Source of the DNA: Octopus vulgaris
Lineage: Eukaryota
DNA: 64,000 nucleotides
Reading direction: 5' to 3'
Assembly (NCBI GenBank): GCA_951406725.2
Contig: OX597817.1
Location: 110,236,001 to 110,300,000 of the forward strand
Shown: piece after piece, positions 1 through 12,848 of the stretch
How the letters are laid out: each line of letters starts with the position of its first letter
How positions within the stretch are numbered: position 1 is the first letter of the stretch
Notes under the pieces: generated by a model
The model's database searches: none
Seen by the model: only the letters and a program-made list of their open reading frames with translations
Told to the model about the DNA's origin: nothing
Translations under genes and position numbers: made by a program

Positions 1-620
1 AGAATTTTATCAGAATTGAAAACCTTACCTTACACTTTCATTCACAATCCTAACAGCAATGAGGCCAACATTATATTTTAAACATATCAACAGAGATAAA
101 GGACTCTAGAATGAACCAAACTCTTCAAATACATACCACCATAAAAAGTAAAAGACAGCCAAAGTTAATGAAAAAATATTAAACAGAACCAAGTGTAAAA
201 AATATGCAAAAGACACTACAGTGGCATACATTTAAATCTGTCAGAAGGATGGGAGATCCATTGTATGCAAGAGTAATTCTTCAAAATAACTTCACTTGTG
301 CATCTGAAAGCCTAATTTATGCAATTAGATGACCATGGTGTGGAGAAAACTACATGAGGAAAACAAAGATATCCTTAAGACAAAGCATGACTCTGCATAG
401 ATCACAAATTAGAATATTGAAGTACAGACAAATAGGTCTCAGTAAACATATAGATACATGTTCTGGCAAAAAAAAACAATCAAATTTTGCAGTCTTCACC
501 TTATATCAATCTTCCAATGGCACCTTGCAACAGAAAATGCATGAGCAAAGAAATGGCATTCATAGCCAAATACCAACTACTTATTTTTCAGTGCAAGAAA
601 GAAAGGATGACTTCTACTAA
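1..620 (+). mobile_element. Decayed Penelope-like element, GIY-YIG endonuclease fragment
   Basis: Reads NFTCASESLIYAIR*PWCGENYMRKTKISLRQSMTLHRSQI..LSKHIDTC, a degenerate Cys-linker plus GIY-YIG pattern of PLE endonucleases; has in-frame stops. Confidence 0.7.
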
Positions 621-857
621 GGATACTATTCCAGCTACTACTGCCTCTGCTGCTATAGCCACTACTCACACTCTTGCAACTTAAAGAGAAAAACAAACTA
701 CTACTATATCTACAGCTTCTACCACTTCCTCTGCTGCTGCTATAATTACTACTTCAACTAATGGGATTTAGACAACTACTATGACTAAGACCACTACCAT
801 TGCTTCCACCACTACAATACAATTTTTCCCACCATTAAGAGTCACATTTTAATACCC

Positions 858-1010
858 TTTCTATTATAGACATAGGACCTGAAATTTTGGGAGTGGGGGT
901 TAGTCATTTACGCCACCCCAGTGCTCAACTGGTACTTATTTTATGGTCCCTAAAAAAGGATGAAAGTCAGTCAACCTCAACAAAATTTGAACTCAGAACA
1001 TAATGCCACT
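858..1010 (-). mobile_element. SINE family A fragment; further copies at about 6780-6950, 7040-7430, 13975-14160, 25785-25855, 38845-39055, 47145-47330, 61095-61225
   Basis: Shared core GAGTTCAAATTCC (B-box-like) ..GAGGTCAACTTTGCCTTTCATCCTTTCGGGGTCGATAAA..AAGTACCAGT recurs in these copies. Confidence 0.8.
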
Positions 1011-1562
1011 CTTTAATATAACATTGCTAGTAAGGAACAAAAAGACAACTGCCGTGGCTAAAATTATAACCACAACTATTAGGACTCAGTAGCAATCAGA
1101 AAACCAACAACTATTATCATTTGAATTTCGTAAGAAAAATATATGAACTTTCAAAATTGTTATCATGAAACATTAATTTAATTTAATTCAATATATTTTC
1201 CCTTCTCATAATGCATGACTAAATTGACTTAAACAATTGAAACCAGCAATATTGTCTTAAGATGTAAAAATTTTCTTCCTTTTATTCAGGATAAAGTTCT
1301 CAGAATATTTTCTACTTTTGTTTCTATCGCACACACACACACACACACACACATACATACATAAATGTAAGATCCAGGGATCAAAGTGTAGGAAGAAAGT
1401 TAACTTTAAGCAATCCATAGTAAATATTAAAAAAACAACTTTCAGGGACAATAGTGGTTTATTGAGACGGAAGGTTGCAGATTTTTTCATATTGGAGAAT
1501 GAGAAGCTGAAAAAAGTTTCTATATTCCACAGTAGGTGACCAGGGTTGCTGGGTGTGTAAAT

Positions 1563-1792
1563 AAGAGTACAAGTGTTATGGAATGGAGTAGGTAAGATCC
1601 AGGCTACATATGTTTCATAGTGGGCAGAACCTCAGAAGTAGTAAAAATTCAAGCAAGGTGTATACCACCAACTACTCCTTGGCCTGAAGAGTAGCTAGTG
1701 GTATACACCTCATTTGGATTTTTACCATTTCTGAGGTTTCGCCAGCTATAAAACATGTAGCCCGGATCTTACCTACTCCATGCTGTAACTCT
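1563..1792. repeat. Fold-back inverted duplication (~100-bp arms) built on a hammerhead-ribozyme relic
   Basis: ATGGAGTAGGTAAGATCCAGGCTACAT (1583) is nearly the reverse complement of ATGTAGCCCGGATCTTACCTACTCCAT (1755). The + arm reads GGC-CTGAAGA-GTAGCT...AGCTAT-AAAA-CATG-TA-GCC. Confidence 0.75.
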
Positions 1793-2692
1793 TGTGTGTG
1801 TATTTAGCCTGGCTTCTTTCCCTGCTCCCACACTTGCCCTTACCTCTCCAACACCACCCTCTTCATGAGAGTGCATGTATGTATATCATGGATAGGCTTG
1901 AAAACAGTGCATCCGCTTGACAGAAACAGATTTGATTTTTGAAATCTGCATTCCAAGAAGGTTTATGTTTATTATTAATCAAAATATATAATTTGTTATG
2001 GGAAATAACTCAACTTTTAGATCACCAAATCTACCATTCTCAGTCTGTCTACCTGGCTTTCTCTATCTTTTATACATTCCCCTTCTCTATATAATTGCCA
2101 TACTCTCTATCACTTTCTCTCTCTCTCTCTCTCTCTCTATTTGAAACTGCATGTACAGCCTACCTTATATATGCATAGACATTTCCCTGTGCATGTATGG
2201 AACATACATTTATATACAAAATTCTTACTAAAGCATCATTCAAGTGGACGCAGAGATCTGATGCTAAAATTGCAGAGTTCACTTGATTGGATGGATTAGT
2301 ATTGTTGTTTACTGTCATTCTAAGATTTGTGTAGTAATCTTTATTATTAGATTTTGAGTTAATACTATTATTTAGATTGTTAATTACATATTACAGGATA
2401 GACTGTTTATTTGTTTATGGTTGAATCTTACTATGTACTGGACAATATTTGTTGTTGTAGAACATGCTAGCTTCACAGAGTGTCTGTTAAACCTCATCCA
2501 GTACAAGCTAACACAAGTCATATGTATATACACATTCACATACAGGCAAAGTGAGAATTATATAGTGAATATATAGTAACCCTAACCCTAAGTGAATAAG
2601 GTTACATTGATTATTATTTATTTTATACAAAATGAACAATTAAAACAATTGTCATAACTAAATTAATGCTTTCTCATTTTATTTTTTTCCAG

Positions 2693-2766
2693 ATAATGTC
2701 CATTTCCAGCATTCAGCACAACTTATTAAAGCTTTGACCAGTGCCAATGTCTATTTCAGAACTCAG
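2693..2766 (+). CDS. Dipeptidyl peptidase 4-like (S9B family) penultimate exon
   Basis: ttttttccAG|AT AAT GTC CAT TTC CAG...ACT CAG|GTAAG translates (D)NVHFQHSAQLIKALTSANVYFRTQ, matching DPP4 DNVHFQQSAQISKAL. Confidence 0.93.
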
Positions 2767-3730
2767 GTAAGATTGTTTCAAATATAACCGTATATTCAAT
2801 TGAATTTTCCATCATCATATCAAAAGAAAGTGATTTTTTCTTAATATTAAAATTAGCAGCTGCTAAAACCAGCTGTTTTTCTTTCTCACTTGGTCTCCAG
2901 GGATCTAATAATCAGTATAAGTACCAAAAGGCAATTTATATATCCGACTTAACATGGATGACTTGTTAGAATACAGAATACTGCAGTATTCTCTTTGAGA
3001 GATCCTCTCATATAGATGCATGGTGCATAAAAGCAATAACATATATCATAGCTGGTTATTTGTGACATCATTGACTGGAAAGACACTCATACTCTACGTA
3101 TCATGGCAATAAGGTTTGTCTGGTATGGGATCCCCAGATACCTGCTACTGAAGAAGTGCAATGCACTGGAATCATGTGATCTGGCAGCTCAAGTACTTAT
3201 ACCAGATGATTTTTATCTGCTAATATATATATCTATGCCTTTGTGCACCATGGCAGCATGCATCTTTATGAGAGGACCTTTCAAAATAAATACTGCAATA
3301 TCTTGGCGTGTGTTCAGACTCATTCACATTGAGTTGGATTTAAAAATTACTTTTCGTACTAATACTGTTTCTGTTGCTAATAATTATATATAGATATTAA
3401 TCAAAGTGTATGGTATTATGTATCCGTTACAGCCAATATCCATTATGGTCAATTGGTTTCGCACTAGAGATTCAACAGACTGTTAGGTAATACTCCAATT
3501 ATGTAACGCTGTGCTCTTCAGAGAATAAAATGTGCTATGGAATAAAATGTGGCGACTGCTCTCTATTGTTGGAGGTTAATAGACATATCCAGTTTGTGCC
3601 TAGAGTAGAAAAGAATATATTTTACATTGGCACTACAAATAGGGTCCAAAGTTTTGATGCACTTATTTCTACCTATGGTTTAGTGGTTAATATGCTCTTT
3701 ATTCTAAACAGTGTTGCTATTTAATATATT

Positions 3731-4260
3731 TTAGATATTAATATTTATTTTCCTATTATGTCTATTATTAGTTTGCCTATTGTTGCTATTATTGCATTGA
3801 CTTCTATTATTATGCATATTTAATCTGGTAGTTGTATTATTACCATAGTGCATACACAAATCAGAGCTAACTCCATCATGATGGCTGACATTCTTTGTAG
3901 TATCAAGATTATTACCTGTACACTTTCTACTAGTATGTAAGTTACTATTTTTCTGGTGTTTCAAATAGATACAGTATTTGGGAAGGTAGGTAATTCTGTC
4001 AACATATTCAGTTTGAACTAAGGTTTCATTGTAATATTCAGAGTTTTGGTTGAATATTTCTTCATTAGCTAAAAGCATGGATATCTTGGTAGAAACATTA
4101 TTCATTAGTGACCTAATTACATGTCGAGGATGGTTTGATTGTTGGTTCATATACTTCAGATGCTTGTTGGGTTTATGACATGACTTATACAGGCCAGAAT
4201 CAAGATCCAGTGTGACATCCTGGAAACTAACTATCCTCTGGTTACTGTCAAATGCTTAAA
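3731..4260 (-). mobile_element. Decayed Penelope-like RT C-terminal fragment in the DPP intron
   Basis: VSFQDVTLDLDSGLYKSCHKPNKHLKYMNQQSNHP matches the FLDV..YKPYxKPN..Y...SNHP motif of the PLE copies at about 33 kb and 45.9 kb. Confidence 0.8.
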
Positions 4261-4371
4261 ATGTCTGAAAGTTTTTTTTTATATTTCAAATTAACTTTAC
4301 AGTCACTGTTCCCCTGTCACATTGTCATTATTGATTAACATTGTTGTCATCTTCTATTGTCTATATTTCAG

Positions 4372-4536
4372 ATTTACACTGATGAACAGCACAGTCTGAA
4401 CACAGGCAATACTTACAGACATTTACATGAAACCATGGAAGATTTTCTCTTGGAGTGTTTTAATGGGAAATCTAAGAAATTTGATAAGAAAACAAAGAAA
4501 CATGAAAAACTTTCAGCAAAACAGGAGAATGAATAA
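4372..4536 (+). CDS. Dipeptidyl peptidase 4-like terminal exon with catalytic His motif
   Basis: tttcAG|ATT TAC ACT GAT GAA CAG CAC gives IYTDEQHSLNTGNTYRHLHETMEDFLLECFNGKSKKFDKKTKKHEKLSAKQENE*; phase 0 fits the previous exon; YTDEQH corresponds to DPP4 YTDEDH. Confidence 0.93.
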   Translation: MYTDEQHSLNTGNTYRHLHETMEDFLLECFNGKSKKFDKKTKKHEKLSAKQENE

Positions 4537-5863
4537 CAACTGTACTCCATTTAATTTTCTGGAAGAAAACTTTGTAAATGGAGTCTGTTCCTTTAATTTT
4601 TCAAACTAACCTTATCATTTACTAAGTTATTATTTTTTACTATTAATACAAGCTATTATTTCATTTAATTAGTTATTTAATAAAATGCCTGAAATGGTCA
4701 GGTTAATATAAGCTCAGCTTAAATGCAATATTGAAATCAGTGTCTTAAGTTTTCAATTATAAATATCAGAACATTAAGATAAACAGCTAAACAGATAAAA
4801 CACTTGCTCTAAATGGTTTAAGTATATATCTAAAAAGAGAGAATATTTGTTCATCTTTGTTCACACTATATATTCAATTCAGTCTACTAATTTTTACCAA
4901 TTATTTAGTCTAAGGACCTTAATATGATTTAATCTATGTTATATTAAGGTAGCAGTATTCGAAACACTATTTAGATAATAGTAAACCAGACTAGTTTCTA
5001 TAAAGTAAATGAACTCTTAAGATAGCTGTATTGCCAAAATAGTTTGACTAATTATTTGTACCAAGAGTAATTAATTAGTCTACATTTGTTTTTACCAAAA
5101 TGCATCATAATGTGAATGCAACAAATTATTTACCTATAGAGCAGGGTTTTTCGTTTTGTTACTTACTAAATGCTAATCTAACCCCACCCAAGAATATTCA
5201 TTTTCAAGAAGTTTTGCTGATAAATTTATGTTTCATTGAATATCAGCTCTGAATCTAATGGTTTTCTTATAATGTCAATATATTTATATATGTGTACAAT
5301 ATGTATATTTTTTTTTATATTTAATCTAATGAAATAAGCATGTTTAACTTAAGCACAGTAACTTTACACTCACTTTAATTCTTCAATTCTTATACAAAAG
5401 TGTCAAATCAACACATTAAAAAATTTTTATTTAATTTAAATAATGATATTTTTTAAATCTAGGTTATTGATGTCTGAATGATTAAAGCTCAATAAATAGA
5501 CAATAATTCACTTACAGCGTTGAATTAGTGGGAAAATTATCAAAGTCGCTTCCATTAAAAAAATATGTTAAAAATTATTTAAAAAATGAATATGTTATAA
5601 CTTATGATATTTTTCATCTGAAAGCTTTAAGGGTTTGGTTACTAACATATATTTTGACTTAACGCCTTCATTTACATCGATACTTTAGTTGTTATTGTTG
5701 TTGTTTTTTTCTTTTTTTTTGTTATATGTTTTATTTATCCTTCCGAAAATATTGAAATTCATTCATAATTTGTTATTAAGACAAATTCTAATAACTAACT
5801 TCTTTGTAGAGGTTAAGATTATTTAATTGTTTTCAAGATGACTTTGAGATGGTATTAGTAAGA

Positions 5864-6093
5864 TTAACCCTTTTGGTACCAACCTGCATGAAACCGCCTC
5901 TGACTCTGTAGTACAAATTTCTTGTTTTCAAAAGTTCTGAATTAAAATCTTCCACCAAACCTTAGTCACAATTTATGTTCCTAAGACTAGTTTAATGATA
6001 ACTAAATTATTTTACTAAATTCTATGTTATATTTAAAATTAATTGAAAGAAACTCAGAGCATCTCAACAAAAATATGGTAACAAGAGGGTTAA
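5864..6093. mobile_element. piggyBac-like MITE
   Basis: TTAA|CCCTTTTGGTACCA ... TGGTAACAAGAGGG|TTAA: imperfect TIRs and TTAA target site. Confidence 0.7.
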
Positions 6094-9000
6094 TAAGTAA
6101 ACTGGCATATTTTATGCCTTGCATCAGTTATTCTAATAAATTATCACAGAATAGCACCAAATCTTAGTTTCGTAATTTTGTAAACTAATTCAATTATTTC
6201 ATTTCAAAATTCAGTTTTATTTTCTTTAAAGTTAAACTTGAGATTTAAAAGATTTTAAATCTAAGCTTACCTTCCAATTTAAATATATTTAGTATTTTCA
6301 TTAATTCTAAGATTTAATTATTTTTTCACCTCTTTTCCACATTTTCCCTTCTCCCCTACATGTCATGTCCACATTGAACTATAATTTTTCATTCATAATT
6401 TTCTCTTTTCCTCTTCACCACCTAGTGCAAATACACACACACACATACACACACACACATATATCCTTTCCATTCATCATTTCTTCATTCTCTAAGAAAT
6501 ATGTATAAAGAATTGATTTAACAAACTTCACTGGTGATATTTCTTATTTATTACTCAAGATCAAAGCATGCCTTGTTTTTTTTTTGTGATTTTTTTTCAA
6601 TATTTTTCTTTTTATTATTTTCATTATATCCCACCTATTTTGTGTATTTTTAAAGAAGCTAAACCATTGCTTTTTTTTTTTATTCCAAACATAAAATTTC
6701 TAGGCAAAAAAGAAAGAATAAATTATTCAATATTTATTGTAATATAATCCAGTATGAAATACATTTTATACTTTTGCCCTAGAGCATCAAACAAAATGCC
6801 TTGCAATATTTGTTCTGGCTTTTTACTTGAGTTCAAATCCCACTGAGGTCAACTTTGCCTTTCATCCTTCTGGGGTTGATAAAATAAAGCACCAGCAACG
6901 TGCTGGGTCGATATAATTGACCGTTACCCTCCCCCAATATTTCTGGCCAAATGATTTTTAATGCTTGACAGCTTTATCTTAAGTTAAGAATGATTATTTA
7001 TAATCTTGTATTATTATTATTGTTATTATTATTATTTCATAAGGGCAGTGGATTGGCAAATTCGGTATCAATGTAGACAAAAATACTTTTGTGGTATTTA
7101 GTTACATCTCTTTATGTCACAAGTTCAATTCCCACTGGGATTTACATTGCCTTTCATTCTTAAAGGATGAAAGTTGATAAAAAAAAATACTACTAGTCAA
7201 GTGCCAGAGATCAATATAACTGACTAACTCCTCCTTAACTCCAAATCTGAGGTCTTAATTATTATTAAGACAGAATCGTTTACACACCTTCAGGGCATTT
7301 CATCTGTCTTTACATTCTGAGTTCAAATTCCACTGAGGTTGATGAAATAAGTACCAGTGAAGTACTGGGGTCAAAGAAATTGACTAGCCTCCTCCTACCA
7401 AAATTTGAGGCCTTGTGCCTATAGTACAAATGATGATTATTATCATTATTAAAATAAAAGAGAAGAAATCATTACGATTACATTATTAATTGTAAAACCT
7501 CAGTTGTTAGTACCATTAGTGATAGCATCATTATGTATATCAAGAGGAGTTATGGTACTTGATGGTCCAAATAAAAATCCCAGCTAAGATTTCCACTCAG
7601 ATAAAGAGGTTTGTATTAACTCTTCAGTTAAACCTGGTGTTTCCAAAGTGGGATGACACAAGTCAATAAAGGTGTTACATTCCTGAAGTTAAGAAGATAG
7701 AGTGACAAGGTTATGGAAACACTGGAAACCACAGGCTAAAAGTACAGCACATTACATTAAAATAAGAAGCTGAGCGTTATGCTTCATTCCAGAAAATGAT
7801 AACTCAAACACTGATATAAACAGTAGATATTCCCAGTAATTAAAAGCATTGCCTTTATGATCTGTGAAACTCAGGGTTAATAAGTTTCATTGGTAAATTT
7901 TCACAGAAATAATATTTTACACCATAATGAAAATTAATTCGAAAAATATAAAAAATTAAATTAAATTAATTTAAATTAAAAACTAAAGGAAATAATGTTT
8001 GTGTTCTTTGAATTTATATTTTTAGTTTCTAGTTAAATTTTTAACAGTTACTTCATGAGTATTTAATTTGTGAATCATAGAAAATATATACATTTATAAA
8101 GAAAATGCTATTGTTAAATATTCAAAGAATCTATTAAAAAATATAAAACATACAATCATGATCTCATAACTATTTAATTGTATGCTGATAGTTATACTAA
8201 AGAATTCTCTAAAGCTTTGTAAAAGAATACCAATTTCAATATTTTTATAAGGAATATCCTATTAAATAGTGATTTCCATTTTGTATGATGGATTCACATT
8301 TTCTCTTTCTATTTACACATTTATCTACTTTGTATCTACTATTTTATCTTCATAGATAGTTTTCTCTAATTCTCTAATCAACCCAATGCTTAACCCCAGC
8401 AGGAAAACTTTCTACTACTATCATTCCTACAATATTGTATTGGCATTTGTCTCTTTTGGAAGACTATGGCAATGCTACAAAGTCATTTCACTAAGCATCT
8501 TTGGTAGTTGCTTAGCAGTGCTATTCTAGTGTAACAGACACTTCCACACTATCTTTACATATACAACAAGCTGAAGAGTATGATTGGTTATACCACCTCT
8601 GATGCAAGGGATCATGAGTTTTATCTACCACTGCCTTTCTGCTTAACAGTTTCAGCTTCAAGTTCTTTTTGCGCAAGTTCTTGGAGCACAGTAGCAGGCA
8701 AACTGTTCTTCAAGGTCTTCCAGCAAGCACTCCAAACAGGAGGTCTATTGGGATGCAGCCGTCTTCCATCCAATGAACATGTTTAAGCCAGCTCTGGTAA
8801 CATTAGTACACTATCTACCATTCTTGCAACTACTGAAATTCTTCACAGTAAATTATATTATACTTTATAGAAGTAAAGTTCTATTGAAATTATTCTGAAT
8901 TTGTCAACTCACTTCATGGTTAACCATTTTGTTTAGAAAATATTCTTATAGGAAAATGTTTTAAAATATTTTGAGCATTAGTTGAAGGCTTGTAGATTAA

Positions 9001-10339
9001 ATTGCAAGTCAAGGATTATTATATTATTTATTTAAATACAAATTTTCCTTTCACTTGTAATCCATTCTTATATATATCAGTAGAAAAAAATTATATTATC
9101 CTACAAAACCTTACTACAGTTGTGGAAGGTCTGGAGAAAATAACAGGTGTTGTTACCAGGAGAAGATATAAAAAATTCGAAAGACTGAGTCTTCAACATT
9201 GTGAATGAACTAATTAAAATAAACATAATATAAAAATAATCAGTTGCAATGTTTTAACTAATTAAAATGAATACTTATTTTAAAATGCTATTTGGAAATC
9301 CCAACAATTATTGTTTTGAACTTTTAATTGATGTACAATAAACAGAAACTTCATTCTATTTCAGGAAGTGAACTAACAATATGATGAAATAAATATGTAA
9401 TCATTTAACAAATACATTTGTGAATTAGGGAGCAATGTTATTGGACAAAACAAGAGAACATGTTCGGGGACCTTCGTTCAAATCCTACAAGGATTGATTA
9501 TGTCCCACTCCTGAAATATAAAAGAAAATGAGCTTCTGTATAGAAAAAAATCTAATATACAGGGAGTAAAGTCTGTGATGCTCTTTTGATGCTGGTTGAT
9601 GTGATTTCATTAACTTCATGCTTCCAAAGCCTCAGAGAAAATCACAGAGATTACCATACTTCATCTTTCCCAAAATATATGCTCCCTATGTCAGCTCAGA
9701 AGTACACAAATGATTGAGTACTAATCTAGATGCTTTATGCTTTATTAATCATGAATCATCTCTGGCTGGAGTTAAATTTCTCTCTCACTCTCTCTCTCTT
9801 GAGGTCAATAAAATTGTTTATATCTCTGTCCTTAAAAAAATATTGAGCTTTCATGCAAAGGCAAAAATAAATCAAAATATAATAGGGCATAATAGACCTT
9901 GCAACATCATATCAATGTTCTAAAACCTGTATTTGTTATTCAACCGAGTCCTTACCCTTTTTAAACCCAATTCCTGTTGATTATAACATTATCTCTTCCT
10001 TATACTCATGTGCTTTCATATGTGCATTTATATTTATGTACTACATATGTGTACATATGCACATACACATGGCATTTGATGATTAATCAATGGCAAAGGC
10101 AAAAAACAACTAATCTAATGAATTCTCAACTAAAAGGGGTAAATGATAAAAGAAAAATCTATTAAAATAAAATGGAAAGGAAAGAATAAAAATAGAAATC
10201 CCCAAGAGTCATGATTTATTATAACCTTGGTATACATTTATAATAGTTTAGTAATCTAAAAATAAAGTATAAAAAGACAGAAATGGATAGATGCTGGATT
10301 GAAAACTGGGGGAAAAACATTGCTATTATAAGCAACGTT

Positions 10340-10965
10340 AGCTGGCCAACAATAATAACTTGTAACTGTTGCCAAATATGTGGTTTCTGTCATGTAACAG
10401 TAAATTGGTTGTTTGTTACTAATGTAACAGGATGCTTAATGCTTTTGATTTAAAGAAACAGATCATTACTATTAGTTATTACCAATGATTACAGAAAACT
10501 ACTAAAGCAAAATATAGCAGTAGCAAGCAATGTGAAACAATGTTTGCCAGACAGTAACCAGTTTCCTAACAATGGTTGCTGGTAACCAGCAAACGAATAA
10601 TTTGCTTGCTAGTATAGAAACCACTGTACAAACTAATTATTGTTGGTATAGAAACCAAAAACAAAGATCGCTGGTATGGTAAGCACCAGCCAGATTAAAG
10701 ATTGCTGGTATGGTGGTCACCAACAAAACAAATGATTCCAGATATGTTGACCATCAACCAACAATAAATGATTGCTGATAACAACAAACCAATGATTGCT
10801 TGTATGGTAATTAATTGCTGCTTACTAACAGCTAATTGTTGGTAACAACCAACCAAACCAATAATTACTGGTACCTAATAACCAAGATTATTAGTAAACT
10901 ACAACCAATGTTTGTTGGTGACTAACAACCAAACCATTGGCTGCTAACAGCGGTAACCAGTGGTT
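10340..10965. repeat. Degenerate tandem array of ~25-35 bp units, each TTGYTGGT-loop-ACCARC
   Basis: Examples: TTGCTGGTAACCAGC, TCGCTGGTATGGTAAGCACCAGC, TTGCTGGTATGGTGGTCACCAAC, TTGTTGGTAACAACCAAC, TTGTTGGTGACTAACAAC. Confidence 0.65.
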
Positions 10966-11241
10966 GTGTAAAAGAATAACTTTATCTATGGACTTTTATT
11001 ATTGTATTTTGTTACTATATTAATTTTCTATTCTATTTTTCTGTTTATTCAAGCAGAAATTTATTGCATTTTATAAAATTATTTCCATTGCATTTAAAGA
11101 CAAGTAGTTAGTTACAGGTTATTTTACACACTCTTAGTTATTAAATACCTATATATGTGTGTGTATGTGTCTGTGTGTGTGTATGTGAGTGAATGTGTGC
11201 GTATATTTGTATGTTACTATGTGTATATCTATGTGAGTGTA

Positions 11242-11282
<41 letters not shown>

Positions 11283-12812
11283 ACACACACGTGCACGCAC
11301 CATGTAAATACTTTATTACATCTGTTTATGTCTACCTTTAGTTGGACAATGTGATATCATATATATGTTAAATGACATTAAAATGTCAAAGGAAAAATGA
11401 AAGTTATTCAATTAGAATCAAATTTAATGTGCAACCAATATTTTTTATTCTTTGATTGTAATTATAGTTACTATTATTATTATCATTATTATTACTACCT
11501 GTATCATTATTTTATTTTTATTTTATTTTTCATTATATGATGAATTATGTAAATATCAATATGCATTTATATAATAGTAAATTAGTTTTCAATGTGTTTT
11601 TGTTGTTGTTTTTCTCATTTTATCTTTATTTTTTATATTTTCCTGATTGGCTTTAAACGTTCTTCAAAAATGTCCTAATACTAAATACTATTTAAAATTT
11701 TGACGTTGTTGTTGTTTTTTATTTGTTTTTTTTTTTAAGCCATTAAGTATTATTTTTATTGTCATCATCATCATTCATCAGGACTTATTGAAATCATTTA
11801 TTTATTGTAATTATCTTCATTGCTGTAAATATTTAGAATAATTTGTGGTATCACTATAAACAATTTCACATTAATTGTGTTCTTTTCACTGGCATATTTA
11901 ACCCATTCACTACTGCAGAATGCTAGGAGCAAAAAGAAAAAAAAAATAGAGTGAAAGAGGGGAAAAGAAACATAGAGAAAATCAAATTCTATTTCAATAT
12001 ACAAGGTGGACAGATTACGAGAAACAATGGTGAAACAGCAAAATACCTTGTGGTGTTTAGTTATGTCCCTTTGTATTCTACGTTCAAGTATTGCCAAAGT
12101 TGACTTTGACATTCAGCCTTCAAAGGGTAAATAAATTCTGAGTCAAAATAATAACCAAAGTTGATTTTAGCCAATTGTATTTTCCCCACCATAATAAAAA
12201 ATTAAGACTTTGTATCAATGTTAAAATTCAATATATGACTACGACAAAAGAAGTGGTAGTTTGGAACAACATAGCTCAGCAATAGAAATTTGCTGAAAGC
12301 ATTGGAATGGCTTACTCGCAATTTCTTCTTATATTCCAACAAAAGAAGAAAAAAATATATAAAAAGTGGGAATGTTTTGTCTTGATATTTTTTTTTTTAA
12401 TTGTACAAGGACTATGTTTAAAAGAAAGTTTTGTACAGGAATAAACATGTTATTATTGGTAACACAATATAAGAGAATGATACCTCTACTACTACTACTA
12501 ATGATAATAATAATATTGAGGGGGGGGGTTAACACACAGATATCAGATTTTTTTCTTATTTTTAATTGCATAGCACTTTGCCTGCTTACATCTTTAGATG
12601 CAAAAATTTGTTGACCTTTACTGTCTTTGGTTGAGACTTGGGTCAGCTTGTATAAATTTTAGAAAAGGCAAAACATAATAATAATAGTAACAACAATAAT
12701 AATAATAATATTTCCTTTCACATTCCTCAAACCAGCAGAATAATTATTGTGCTTCCTTTTCACTTTAACTGAAGTGGTTTTAACCAGTGTTATAGTAATC
12801 GCACTTAACGTT

Positions 12813-12848
<36 letters not shown>

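Noticed and set aside
4427-4609. 60-aa ORF MKPWKIFSW..
   Set aside because: Wrong frame of the DPP terminal exon
8580-8786. 68-aa ORF in the region downstream of DPP
   Set aside because: No recognisable domain or exon boundaries; probably old TE debris
10340-10965. CRISPR-like array
   Set aside because: Eukaryotic context, degenerate units, no constant-length unique spacers, no cas genes
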